Assembly: GCA_048940925.1 (NCBI GenBank)
Contig: JBHLOC010000028.1
Coordinates: forward strand, 8,274-72,273
Length of the DNA stretch: 64,000 bases
Reading direction: 5' to 3'
From: Promethearchaeota archaeon
GTDB lineage: Archaea > Asgardarchaeota > Lokiarchaeia > Sigyniarchaeales > SOKP01
Shown here: positions 19,335-29,136 of the stretch, in pieces
Layout: each line of letters opens with the position of its first letter
Position numbering within the stretch: position 1 is the stretch's first letter
Made by a program: the position numbers and the translations under genes
The notes under the pieces: generated by a model
Told to the model about the DNA's origin: nothing
The model's database searches: none
What the model saw: the letters and a program-made list of their open reading frames with translations, nothing else

Positions 19335-20207
19335 ATGATAGATTTACATTTACATTCTACTAATTCTGACGGCCTTCAAACACCTTCTCAATTAATTAAT
19401 TTAGCAGCTGAGCTTAGATTAAAAGCAATTGCATTAACAGATCATGATACTGTAACTGGAATAGAAGAATTTTTATTATATGGCGAGGATAAAGAAATAA
19501 TTGTTATCCCGGGTTTAGAAATATCATTAAAACATGAGCCGGAGAGAGAAATAATAGATGTTCATGTAATTGGATTGAATATTGATCATAGATCATCAAA
19601 ATTGATTAACAAAATTGAAGATCAAATAAAAGGTAGATTAGAACAAAAAAAAGCAATTTGTAAACGTCTGAGAGAAGAATTTGGGTATTATATTCCTTTT
19701 GAAGAAGTTGAAGCCTATGCTGGAGGAAAGGTTGTTGGTAGACCACATATAATTGAAGTTTTGAAAAAAAACAACCCTGATAAAATTAAAGGAAAATCTA
19801 CCGATCAACTATTTAAGATGATAAGTATAAATGGAGAAGCATTCGTAGATCGTGAAATAGAACTCAATCTTGAAGAATCAATTGAATTGATTAAATCATC
19901 GGGTGGAATTCCAATTCTTGCACACCCTGGTATTTATGAGGTTTCAAATAGAACTAAATTTATAGAATTATGTATTAGTGCGGGAATAGAGGGAATCGAA
20001 GTGGAGTATACATATGATAAAAATAGACCTTTTTCCCAAACAGACAGAGCAAATTGGGCACAAACCTATTTTCCAGATTATTTTCGTAAAATTGCTGAAA
20101 ATTATAACCTCATCAAATCGGGAGGGTCTGATTATCACGGTGGTAAAAAGGGGATAAAAATTGGGGATGCTAATGTTCCAGATTCATATTTAAAGAATTT
20201 TATTTAA
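19335..20207 (+). CDS. PHP-domain phosphoesterase (TrpH/YciV-like)
   Basis: DLHLHSTNSDG, ALTDHDT, GRPH, LAHP and GGSDYHG motifs. Confidence 0.92.
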   Translation: MIDLHLHSTNSDGLQTPSQLINLAAELRLKAIALTDHDTVTGIEEFLLYGEDKEIIVIPGLEISLKHEPEREIIDVHVIGLNIDHRSSKLINKIEDQIKGRLEQKKAICKRLREEFGYYIPFEEVEAYAGGKVVGRPHIIEVLKKNNPDKIKGKSTDQLFKMISINGEAFVDREIELNLEESIELIKSSGGIPILAHPGIYEVSNRTKFIELCISAGIEGIEVEYTYDKNRPFSQTDRANWAQTYFPDYFRKIAENYNLIKSGGSDYHGGKKGIKIGDANVPDSYLKNFI

Positions 20208-20251
20208 TGTGATATCTAAAATATCATTTTTTTTAATTCAACCTTACTGTA

Positions 20252-21721
20252 CTAACTAATTTCTCCCTGAGATTTAATATTAATCGCTCTTTCTTTCAAA
20301 ATCTCTCTAATCTGATTAGTATCTTTTTCGCTTGTAAAGAAAAGTGGAATCCATAAGCAAATAGATAAAACACCAAATATTAAAGTTGACCATAATATTG
20401 TTAACGAAAAACTATCTGTCCAGGCAATTATAAAACCTCCTAGAATGACTCCAATCGTTCTTCCTACGAAATCAATAAACGTTCCCATTGCTACCACTGT
20501 TCCTTTGTGCTCAGGTAAATTTACATCTATTAAAGCACTATACCAATTGGGTGCGATTCCAAAAGTAAAGGCAAATCCAATCCCTAATAACGAGGAAAAA
20601 CAAATCCATAAAACCCAAAATACTGTTAAATTAACTGATACACTCCCAAAAAAGAATGTCTTATTTGCAACATTAGGTGTCATTATAAATCCTCCTAAAA
20701 GAAATGGTAATGTAAGAATTGAACAAATTGTAGCAACTTTAATCCTTCCACTTAAATCACCACTTCTTACTTTTTTGTCTCCCAGATGAGCTAACCAAAA
20801 CTGTCCAAAAATAAGTCCAAAACCAAAAACAAAGAGAAGAAGAACACCAAGAGTTAAAATACCAAAAAAATCAGAAAATGAAATTCCGAGTTCAAGATTA
20901 AAATAAGGGAAAATATATGCAACAACTAAACCCGAAGCTATTACATCAAAGAAATTTAAAGTTAAGAAAATATTGGATTTGCGCTTGTATATATTTTTCA
21001 AGTCACCAAATTTTATTTTATAAGAATACTGAAGAGTATCCTCCGTTAAGATAGATTCTAAAAACTTTTCTTTTGCAGCTCTTTTTGGCTCAACAGTAAG
21101 AAATAAACCGAAAATAGTGAAAATTAAACCAACTATACCAAGAATTAAAAAAGGGTAGCGCCATGTGTTTAATAAATTAGGAAAATTTAGAGAGATATAT
21201 GAGATATTTTCTCTAATACTTTTAGATTCTATATCAACTCTTTCATATGGAATTTTATTAAAGGATAATGCGAAGAATGTAGCAAATAACGATCCGATCG
21301 TTGACACCAATGACCACACCGCAAAGGATTTTGACCTAGATTCTGAAGAAACCATATCAGCAATGTATGAAATGATTAAAGGAGCTGTTATTCCTGTAGC
21401 TATAGCGGCAAAGATACGTGCTATAACTAACTGCCAGAGTTCTGTGATAAAAATATGAAGTATTGCTGTAATAGACCAAAGTAGCCCTGCCATAATTAAC
21501 AATTTCTTTCTTTCAAATAGATCAGTAGTATATCCGGATATTACGATAGTTATTGCATGGATTATGGTATAAATCCCAAGAATAATTCCAATAGTATCAA
21601 AAAAAATACCTAAATCTGCAGCAATTAAGACTTGATTTGGTAGTATTAATGGATTATCCATTATAATAATAATTACTAAGATAAAAAAAAAGGATAATGA
21701 GAGATATTCTCGTTTTTTCAT
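20252..21721 (-). CDS. MFS transporter
   Basis: About 12 TM helices, MFS motif A-like GYTTDLFERKKL, and WRYPF. Confidence 0.88.
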   Translation of the reverse strand: MKKREYLSLSFFFILVIIIIMDNPLILPNQVLIAADLGIFFDTIGIILGIYTIIHAITIVISGYTTDLFERKKLLIMAGLLWSITAILHIFITELWQLVIARIFAAIATGITAPLIISYIADMVSSESRSKSFAVWSLVSTIGSLFATFFALSFNKIPYERVDIESKSIRENISYISLNFPNLLNTWRYPFLILGIVGLIFTIFGLFLTVEPKRAAKEKFLESILTEDTLQYSYKIKFGDLKNIYKRKSNIFLTLNFFDVIASGLVVAYIFPYFNLELGISFSDFFGILTLGVLLLFVFGFGLIFGQFWLAHLGDKKVRSGDLSGRIKVATICSILTLPFLLGGFIMTPNVANKTFFFGSVSVNLTVFWVLWICFSSLLGIGFAFTFGIAPNWYSALIDVNLPEHKGTVVAMGTFIDFVGRTIGVILGGFIIAWTDSFSLTILWSTLIFGVLSICLWIPLFFTSEKDTNQIREILKERAINIKSQGEIS

Positions 21722-21767
21722 GAATAATCTTAGCTCTTAAGTTTAGAAAAATTATTATTTAATGAGC

Positions 21768-23597
21768 CTAATCATTTAAAAGATTTTGGATCTCTTGGAT
21801 TTGATTTTCTAATTTTTTAACTAAAAGAGCTATTTTTTTCTTTTTATCTTCAAGCTCTTCAGCAGAGATTTCTCCTTGTAGTTCCTGCATATCATAGTCT
21901 AAAGCCATTTTATTCAAATTTGCCTTTTTTATCTTTATATCAAGCAATTGTTTTTTTAAATCTTCTTTTTGATATTTGTGTGAGATTAAAGTCTCATCTG
22001 TAGTATTAATTGTTTCCGATAGATTGATTCCATTAGATTCTTCTTTAGGTCGGTCTTGAATAACTTTAGATTCTATTTTTAGATTTGGAGTAGTGGATAA
22101 AGGCTCTGTTTCTTTTGTTTCTGTATCGTTTTTTATCTGACCATATGGGGAAATTGTTAATTGAGATTTAGCCTCTTTAGGAACAGTAATTACCTTTTTT
22201 GGTCGAACTTTAACCATAAAATCTTCAGGTTTTAATTTCAAACTTGCATATTCATGGGAAATTTCTGGTTTTTTAAAATCTTCTTGTTTAGGACTTTCCT
22301 TAATATCTTTAGTTGTTGTTTTTTGTAATTCTTGTTCTTTTACTGGTTTCTCAATTAAAAATGGGCTTTTTTGGGGTGTATTTACGGAGGGAGGCAATTG
22401 TGGTGGTGGGGGACTAATAGAAATCTTTGATTCTTCAATGGGTGATGTTTCTTTAGTTATTTCAGCTTCTTTTAGAATACTAAGTTTTTCGGAAGAAATT
22501 ACTTCTTGGACTCGATCACTCTCTATAGGGTGTGCGGGAGTAGGTTGCGGGGCTCCAACTTGTGCTAACATTGTTTTAATTTTTTGTGATTTCTCAAAAA
22601 ATTCCTTTCCTAATGAATCATCTCCTAAGTCTATGCATAAACTACTAATTTTATCAAATAAAAACGCTGCTTTATCAAAATCTGCATCCTTTAAAACTCT
22701 TGTTGCTTCTTCAATCAATTGATCCCTCTCTAATAGAGGTTTTAAAAGAGGTGAAACCTCAGCGCTCATTTCTAAGATATCTGCGATTATTTGAATCATT
22801 TTATTGCGATTTTCAGGATCTTTAGCTATCATAGAATATGTTTTTAATTCTAAAATTCTTTCTATTTGAGAAGGTTCCATAGCTCCTTTTAAATCTTGTT
22901 TATTGCCTACTATTGCTGTATGCGCATCAGGTGATTGTTCTTTGATTAATTCTAAGAAAAACTTACTTTTCTCAACATTTTCTAACGTAGAATCAGTTAT
23001 GAGAAGAACTGCATCACTTCCTCTAATAAAATTATTCCATAAATAACTAAATTGCTCCTGTCCTGCAAAATCCCATAAGTGAAAATATAATTTACCAATT
23101 CTAATCGTAGCAATATCTCCTGTAATAGTAGGAATATGTTGCATAGGGATTTCCTCTGCACGAATTAATTTAGTGATTGTTGTTTTACCTACTCCAGAGA
23201 AACCAACTAAAGATATTTTAGGTCTTAAATTTTTATGAATCCCATCTACAATTGGATCAAAAACTTCGAAAGTTTTAGCATCAAACCTATGTTGTAATAT
23301 ATCTTCAAATAAAATCACGAATTCTTTTCTACATTTCTCTAATTCTTTTTTAACATTATCAAATTTATCAGTTAAACCTGTTACAAATATGAATAGTAAA
23401 TCTAAATCTTTTTGAGTTATATATGATACTTTAAATTTATAGAAATCATGAGATTCTACAGTATCTATTGTTCTGAAGGATACGTCTCGCATAATTTCTT
23501 CTACTAGAAGATTTAATGCTTCTTGTTTCATTGCTTTACCGAAATGCCTATAATACAGAAGTTCATCACTTTTATATATAAATACTTGACGTAAAAT
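21768..23597 (-). CDS. Longin-like domain + Arf-like small GTPase + helical bundle, Pro-rich linker and C-terminal coiled coil (probable ATT start at 23597)
   Basis: GFSGVGKTT, PTITGD, WDFAGQ and GNKQD motifs. The frame extends 22 codons upstream of the 23531 ATG (ILRQVFIYKSDELLYYRHFGKA), which supplies the first longin beta-hairpin. Confidence 0.85.
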   Translation of the reverse strand: MLRQVFIYKSDELLYYRHFGKAMKQEALNLLVEEIMRDVSFRTIDTVESHDFYKFKVSYITQKDLDLLFIFVTGLTDKFDNVKKELEKCRKEFVILFEDILQHRFDAKTFEVFDPIVDGIHKNLRPKISLVGFSGVGKTTITKLIRAEEIPMQHIPTITGDIATIRIGKLYFHLWDFAGQEQFSYLWNNFIRGSDAVLLITDSTLENVEKSKFFLELIKEQSPDAHTAIVGNKQDLKGAMEPSQIERILELKTYSMIAKDPENRNKMIQIIADILEMSAEVSPLLKPLLERDQLIEEATRVLKDADFDKAAFLFDKISSLCIDLGDDSLGKEFFEKSQKIKTMLAQVGAPQPTPAHPIESDRVQEVISSEKLSILKEAEITKETSPIEESKISISPPPPQLPPSVNTPQKSPFLIEKPVKEQELQKTTTKDIKESPKQEDFKKPEISHEYASLKLKPEDFMVKVRPKKVITVPKEAKSQLTISPYGQIKNDTETKETEPLSTTPNLKIESKVIQDRPKEESNGINLSETINTTDETLISHKYQKEDLKKQLLDIKIKKANLNKMALDYDMQELQGEISAEELEDKKKKIALLVKKLENQIQEIQNLLND

Positions 23598-23638
23598 AGC
23601 TTTCCACCAGAAAAGTATATATTTTTACCCTCTTAAAA

Positions 23639-24127
23639 CTAATTCGAGAGATATTTTACTAAATCTTTAATGATTGAATATTTATCTTTTTTAATTTTTT
23701 CATCTTTTAATGTATCTTCAATTTTTGTAATCTCTTTTGAGAAATCAAAGATAGAAAATTGATGAATCTCTTCTTCAGAAGTTTCGCTTAATTTTTTCAA
23801 AAAGACACTGATACTTGGCATAAATTTTGCTAAATTTACACTTAACTCGAGCTTAGAAATTAATATTAAGTCTTCAGTAAAAGTGAATAGATAATTATTC
23901 TTTTTAGCTTCCAACGCAAATGAATTAATATTTTCCAAACTTAATTCGGAAGCAATTTCCTTAGAATTTGAAATCAATGACAGAATTTTTTGAGGAATCA
24001 CTTTTCCTTTAGAAAATTCCTTAATTGCCGATCCCAAAATAATTCCATACTTGTTAGCGATTGCACATTCAGCATTTAAATCGGATTTTAGCTGAGAGAT
24101 TATTTCATCGTAATTAATTTGATTCAT
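23639..24127 (-). CDS. Roadblock/LC7-like protein
   Basis: Pattern of helix, AIANKYGIILGS hairpin, helix, three strands (SFALEA, YLFTF, LILISKL) and a VNL helix. Lies directly upstream of the GTPase. Confidence 0.6.
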   Translation of the reverse strand: MNQINYDEIISQLKSDLNAECAIANKYGIILGSAIKEFSKGKVIPQKILSLISNSKEIASELSLENINSFALEAKKNNYLFTFTEDLILISKLELSVNLAKFMPSISVFLKKLSETSEEEIHQFSIFDFSKEITKIEDTLKDEKIKKDKYSIIKDLVKYLSN

Positions 24128-24238
24128 ATTTTGGAAGTAATGCTTTTTAATAATTAATGAAAACCTATTTATTTATATTTATTTTGTTATTACAATCAAT
24201 AGGATACTAAAATTCTTAAGAAATTAATATATAAAGAA

Positions 24239-25036
24239 ATGGAAACATATAAGACACATTTTATAGAAAAAGAATCAGACATAACGATTATTTCTGAATT
24301 GAAATCAGCAATTTTAAGAGCAAAAAGCACTTTCTATTTTCATAGAAATAATTTAGAGCGCTATATTGAAAAAAACAATAATTTTTTGACTTCTTTCTCT
24401 CCTGTAAAAGTAAAATCAAGTTCAAAGATTATTAATCTAATGGCAGAAGTAGCCTTTATTTGTGATGTCGGACCCATGGCTTCTGTAGCAGGAGCTCTAG
24501 CTGATTTAATGTTAGTATCAATGAAAAACAGAGAAAGCGCTAAAGATGATGATTATATCCCTGCAAACATTGCTTTAGTCGAAAATGGGGGAGAAATTTC
24601 TATCGATTCAATTAAACCAATGAAAGTAGGTTTATTTGCAGGATTTAACGAATTAAATTTAAATATTGGTTTCTTAATAGAAAAGAAGAATTGTCCTTTA
24701 GGAATTGGTACAAGTTCTGCAACAATAGGACATGCAATTAGTTTAGGAAAAGCTGACGCTGTGACAATCTTTGCAGAAAATGCAGCATTAGCAGATGCGG
24801 CAGCTACTAAAATTGGTAACATAGTAAAAGGAAATGATATTGAAGCATCAATTAAAAAAGGTCTCGATGCTGTTGACGATATTTATGGTGTTTCAGGAGC
24901 TCTTATTAGCCGAGAAAATAAAGTTGGTCAATCAGGTAAGTTACCCAAATTAATAAAGATTGAGGGAAATAAGAAAAATATTTTCAAAGAAAAATTGGGT
25001 ACCATCTTTCCTGGAAATTATGAAATATTTAGATGA
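24239..25036 (+). CDS. UPF0280 / ApbE-like protein
   Basis: VGPMASVAGA, ENGGEI, GTSSATIGHAISLGKADAVT and ADAAAT motifs. Confidence 0.9.
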   Translation: METYKTHFIEKESDITIISELKSAILRAKSTFYFHRNNLERYIEKNNNFLTSFSPVKVKSSSKIINLMAEVAFICDVGPMASVAGALADLMLVSMKNRESAKDDDYIPANIALVENGGEISIDSIKPMKVGLFAGFNELNLNIGFLIEKKNCPLGIGTSSATIGHAISLGKADAVTIFAENAALADAAATKIGNIVKGNDIEASIKKGLDAVDDIYGVSGALISRENKVGQSGKLPKLIKIEGNKKNIFKEKLGTIFPGNYEIFR

Positions 25037-27314
25037 CCCAATAAAGTGGTGTCTCCACTCCACTCATAGTTTTTGATGAAAATATTTTATTTAAATAGTC
25101 AAGACTATAATATTTTTCTAATTCCTCATTTGATAATTCTCCAAATAAATCCCCCCCTTTATTAATTATATATTGCCTTGCGAAAATTATGTATACATCT
25201 GTATTATAATCATTTTTCAAATCTCTAAGAATATTCTTCCCACTCTCATTGATATGGTTATCAGGGGGAAATAAATCAATATCTAATTTCAAAAAGATAA
25301 AATTCTCGTTGTAAGTAAAAGAGTGGTTTTGATCACTAAAAAGATAATAATAATAATTAAATACATGATTCCACCCTGATTTAGTAATTATAACATGTTT
25401 TCCTCGAGTGTTATTTGAATACCATTGAATAGCACTTACATCTCTCTTTTTTACATCAAAAACTTCATAACTGGCTGACTCATATAAATAAGTTGTAAAT
25501 AGTGAAAAAATTATTATGAATAAAAAAAGGAATTTATAACTGGGAATTACAAATTTTTTCAACTTTACGAGTTTATAAATATAAGAAATGAACCCAATTA
25601 CTATAAAAGGTGGTATTAGATATAAAATTCTTTGCCAGATCATATTACTAAGAAAAAAAATGTTGAAAACAAAACCTACTCCCAGTAAAAGAACCAGAGC
25701 TAAACCCCAAATAAATATTGGCTTTCCTCTCGGCTTTTTCTGAAATATAATTAAACCCAAAATAGCAAACGCACTAATTAATATGATTTCTAATACATAA
25801 AATATATTAATTATTTCTATTTCAAGCCAAAGTAAGTTTACAACTAACAATGCAATAGCAACTAAAATCAACACACTAAAAATAAGTGGAATAATAATCT
25901 TATCTTCTAATTTTTCATATATTTTACCACCTTCTCCTCTGAGTGTTGCGGAAAATCGCCCTTTAGTAAAAATAATTGATTTTTGTATCCTCCAAAGTAA
26001 TATAAATCCGATTACACATCCCAAAGAGCCAATTAGTAATATTACATACCAAGAGATATTAAATGGAATTAAAAACCAATAATGCCCACTACCAATACCC
26101 AAATAACTTAAAATTAAGTAAATGCCAAATAATCCTAATAAAAATATAAAGTCAAAACCACGTCTATAATCTTTTAAAAAATAAATAAAATATAACACGA
26201 GAAACGAGAATAGAAAAATTATAGAGGTAATGACATGTGTAAGAACAGCACTTATGAAAATTAATGTGATTGTTGTATAAATAAAAATGGTGTTTGAAAA
26301 AATATCTTTCTTTTGTGGGCGTTCTATTTTTATAAAGCTTTGTAATCTGCTATATAAAAGGAAAAAAATGGCCAGACATTTAATTAAAGCAAGTCCAGAA
26401 GGCCAATATTGAAGCATCATCGTAGAGAAACCTAATGAAGAAAATTCTAATACAAATACACTAAGAAAAGCAAGATTTCTATTTTTAAATACTCGTAAGG
26501 ATATATTATAAAAAATAAGAGCAGATAAGAAGAATGTATAGAATACAAAGTATTTTGGTATAAGAATCGGATTCAACCCCGAAAAAAAATTAATAACAGC
26601 CCCAAAAATACTTAACCCCAATTCTCCATGATATTCTTTAAAAGGTATAATATTTTCATTTGTTATTATCTGACTATTAAGTGTATGAAGCCATGGGTCA
26701 GTTCCTACAAAATAACTGAATTTAAATATATTCATGATACATATCAAGAAGATAAATGAAAATAATAAAACACTATTTAAAGGAATATGATCTTTTAAAA
26801 ATCTATATAGTGAAAAATCCCTGATATCTTCACTTTTTATTCTTAAAGTGATATTGGGTCTGAGAAAATGATATAATCCTTTTTTCCATTCATTATATAT
26901 TATTATAGATACTAAAATTAAAAATAAACTCAGAGCAAAAAAGAAAAAGTAAAATCCTGTAATTTTAATGCCAATCCAATATCCAATATATCCTGTCAAT
27001 ATGTAAAAAACTGAATTAGCCACTATAGTTAGGCTCAATTTCTCTAAAAAGTTATAACTCTTACTTTTAAATAGTATGAAAAAGATAGGGTAAGTAGGTA
27101 AAAATAACATTGTAAAACAAGTACTAAAAATTACAATTGCTTGAAAAAAATATTCAAGAATAAAGATTTCTGATATACCTAAAAATATATTAAAATTAAG
27201 TAGTTTAAAGAAGATAAATACAAAAGTTAGAATCGAAAGTATAAAAAATAGTAAATTTCTTCTTAATCTGATAAAAAAATATATTGTTTTAAAGTTAATT
27301 TTAGAGTTACCCAT
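25029..27314 (-). CDS. Multi-pass membrane protein, GT-C-fold-like
   Basis: Many TM helices, FLP motif near the N-terminus, GTDPWLH loop motif, soluble C-terminal domain; located in a glycosylation cluster. Confidence 0.6.
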   Translation of the reverse strand: MGNSKINFKTIYFFIRLRRNLLFFILSILTFVFIFFKLLNFNIFLGISEIFILEYFFQAIVIFSTCFTMLFLPTYPIFFILFKSKSYNFLEKLSLTIVANSVFYILTGYIGYWIGIKITGFYFFFFALSLFLILVSIIIYNEWKKGLYHFLRPNITLRIKSEDIRDFSLYRFLKDHIPLNSVLLFSFIFLICIMNIFKFSYFVGTDPWLHTLNSQIITNENIIPFKEYHGELGLSIFGAVINFFSGLNPILIPKYFVFYTFFLSALIFYNISLRVFKNRNLAFLSVFVLEFSSLGFSTMMLQYWPSGLALIKCLAIFFLLYSRLQSFIKIERPQKKDIFSNTIFIYTTITLIFISAVLTHVITSIIFLFSFLVLYFIYFLKDYRRGFDFIFLLGLFGIYLILSYLGIGSGHYWFLIPFNISWYVILLIGSLGCVIGFILLWRIQKSIIFTKGRFSATLRGEGGKIYEKLEDKIIIPLIFSVLILVAIALLVVNLLWLEIEIINIFYVLEIILISAFAILGLIIFQKKPRGKPIFIWGLALVLLLGVGFVFNIFFLSNMIWQRILYLIPPFIVIGFISYIYKLVKLKKFVIPSYKFLFLFIIIFSLFTTYLYESASYEVFDVKKRDVSAIQWYSNNTRGKHVIITKSGWNHVFNYYYYLFSDQNHSFTYNENFIFLKLDIDLFPPDNHINESGKNILRDLKNDYNTDVYIIFARQYIINKGGDLFGELSNEELEKYYSLDYLNKIFSSKTMSGVETPLYWVI

Positions 27315-27328
27315 CTCATATCTTAAGT

Positions 27329-28300
27329 TTATTGTACGTCTAAATCAATATTATATTTTCTACAATACCATCTAAAATAATCTTTTAATCCTTCTTTTTG
27401 GTTAAATTTTGGTTGATATTTTATTTTTGATTTAGCTTTAGAAATATCCCCATAACTGTGAACAATATCGCCGGGTCTAGGATCAGTGTATATAATTTCT
27501 AAGTCTTCCCTATTAGTTATTTCAAAAAATAAATTAGCAAGATTTGTCAAATTAATAGGAGAATTTGCTCCTATATTTAAAATTTCTCCTTTAATATCAT
27601 ATTCAGTCGCTAATATGTTAGCATCAATTACATCTTTAACATATGTAAAATCTCTTGATTGATTTCCATCTCCAAATATAATTAGATTTTCATTATTGAT
27701 GAGTCTTCCTAACCAAATTGCAATAACTCCACTATATGGTGAATCTTTTTGTCTTGGACCGAAAACATTAAAATATCTTAAAGACACCGTCTTTAATCCA
27801 TAAATATGATGATAAACCTGCATATAAGCTTCACTTGTCATTTTTGATACTCCATAAGGGGAAATTGGCAGACATTTCATATCTTCTCTTTTGGGTAACT
27901 CAGGAAGATCCCCATATACAGAAGCACTTGAAGCAAAGATAACTTTTTCAACATCCTTTTTCCTTGCTGCATTTAAAATATTTAATGTGCCATTTACATT
28001 AACGTTATTACATGATTCTGGCATCAATATTGACTGAGGTACACTAGTAAATGCTGCTTCATGATATATAATATCAATATCTACTACAATATCTAATAAA
28101 AAATTTAAATCTCTTATATCTCCCTTTTTAAATTTAAAATTTTTATTTTGTAAAACATCTTCCAAATTTTCTAAACTTCCATTAAAAAGATTATCAATTC
28201 CAATTACTTCTGCTCCTAATTCTATTAATTTATTTGTTAGATTACTTCCAATGAAGCCAGCAGCTCCAGTGACTAGAATTCTTTTATCCTCAATTTTCAT
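27329..28300 (-). CDS. NAD-dependent nucleotide-sugar epimerase/dehydratase (WbpP/GalE-like)
   Basis: TGAAGFIG, ASSASVYG, YGVSK and RYFNVFGPRQ motifs. Confidence 0.92.
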   Translation of the reverse strand: MKIEDKRILVTGAAGFIGSNLTNKLIELGAEVIGIDNLFNGSLENLEDVLQNKNFKFKKGDIRDLNFLLDIVVDIDIIYHEAAFTSVPQSILMPESCNNVNVNGTLNILNAARKKDVEKVIFASSASVYGDLPELPKREDMKCLPISPYGVSKMTSEAYMQVYHHIYGLKTVSLRYFNVFGPRQKDSPYSGVIAIWLGRLINNENLIIFGDGNQSRDFTYVKDVIDANILATEYDIKGEILNIGANSPINLTNLANLFFEITNREDLEIIYTDPRPGDIVHSYGDISKAKSKIKYQPKFNQKEGLKDYFRWYCRKYNIDLDVQ

Positions 28301-28439
28301 ACTCAGTCAATTAAATCTATTGGAATTATTTTTAATATTGATACAATCTTATTTTTATAAATCATATAATCAATGAGAATTTGGTATTGTATAAAAATGT
28401 TCATAAAGAATAAATTTTTCAATATAATTTTACAAATCA

Positions 28440-28544
28440 TTAACTTAAATCCGTTAAAAATTCCATAAATTCTTTTTTATACTCTTTTGGAAGTTTATCT
28501 GGTCTTTTTAGGTCTGAATCAGAGTTTATTTTGATTTTGATCAA
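28440..28544 (-). pseudogene. C-terminal remnant resembling phosphonopyruvate decarboxylase
   Basis: Reads LIKIKINSDSDLKRPDKLPKEYKKEFMEFLTDLS*, similar to the Ppd/AepY C-terminus (..DLGRP..TP.E.K..FM.FL). It is fused out of frame to the pepM fragment. Confidence 0.55.
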
Positions 28545-28732
28545 CTACTAGCCCAAAATCCGTCAAACTCAAGAATTTTGTCTTTATAGTTTTCTCTTAT
28601 ATCATTTGCGATTATTGCACTTAATCTATTATGAGCTTCTATTATTCTAAGAAAACATTTCCTCTCAAGTAAGTCCTTCAGCATCCCTCTTCTTACATCT
28701 GGTAAGATCCTATTTGTTAATTTGAATTCCAT
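28541..28732 (-). pseudogene. pepM: Phosphoenolpyruvate mutase N-terminal fragment
   Basis: PDVRRGMLKDLL...LRIIEAHNRLSAIIA...EFDGFWASS* matches the PepM/AepX pattern EAHNGLS...FDGxWxSS, truncated right after WASS. Confidence 0.75.
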
Positions 28733-28887
28733 ATTAATCACAAAAGTATTTAGATATAACTTAGCTAAAAATGCCAATTTAATTTTTATAATTGATTTTT
28801 ATGATAAAAAATGTTAATTAAAGATTTTAAATTGTACTATTACCTAAATAAATAAAGTTTAATTAGGTTTTTCTTTTAAGTAGTTAT

Positions 28888-29064
28888 TTAGAATAAAGAA
28901 AAAAAATAAAAAAAATTCATTTCATCCATTTCCTCCTCAACGTAAAAAAGAGATTCGAGAATAATGTTATTATAACAAACTTCATTATCATAATGTCTGA
29001 TGTTTAGATGATTAATGGCCTCTTTCTGATATCCTCGAATAATGATTATATTCATAATATCACA
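28888..29064 (-). pseudogene. Fragment of a LicC-like (phosphocholine/phosphonate) cytidylyltransferase
   Basis: CDIMNIIIIRGYQKEAINHLNIRHYDNEVCYNNIILESLFYVEEEMD resembles the NTP-transferase segment IVIVRGY..E.I...N..Y...NIL.SLF.AEEE. Both ends are missing. Confidence 0.65.
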
Positions 29065-29136
29065 AATATAAAATTTGTGTTTAACTTAGTTTTACTAAAA
29101 TGAATAAATAAAATATAATTTTTTAAGTATTTTAGA

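Noticed and set aside
28541-28777. 78-aa ORF as an intact small protein
   Set aside because: It is better explained as a truncated PEP mutase fragment.
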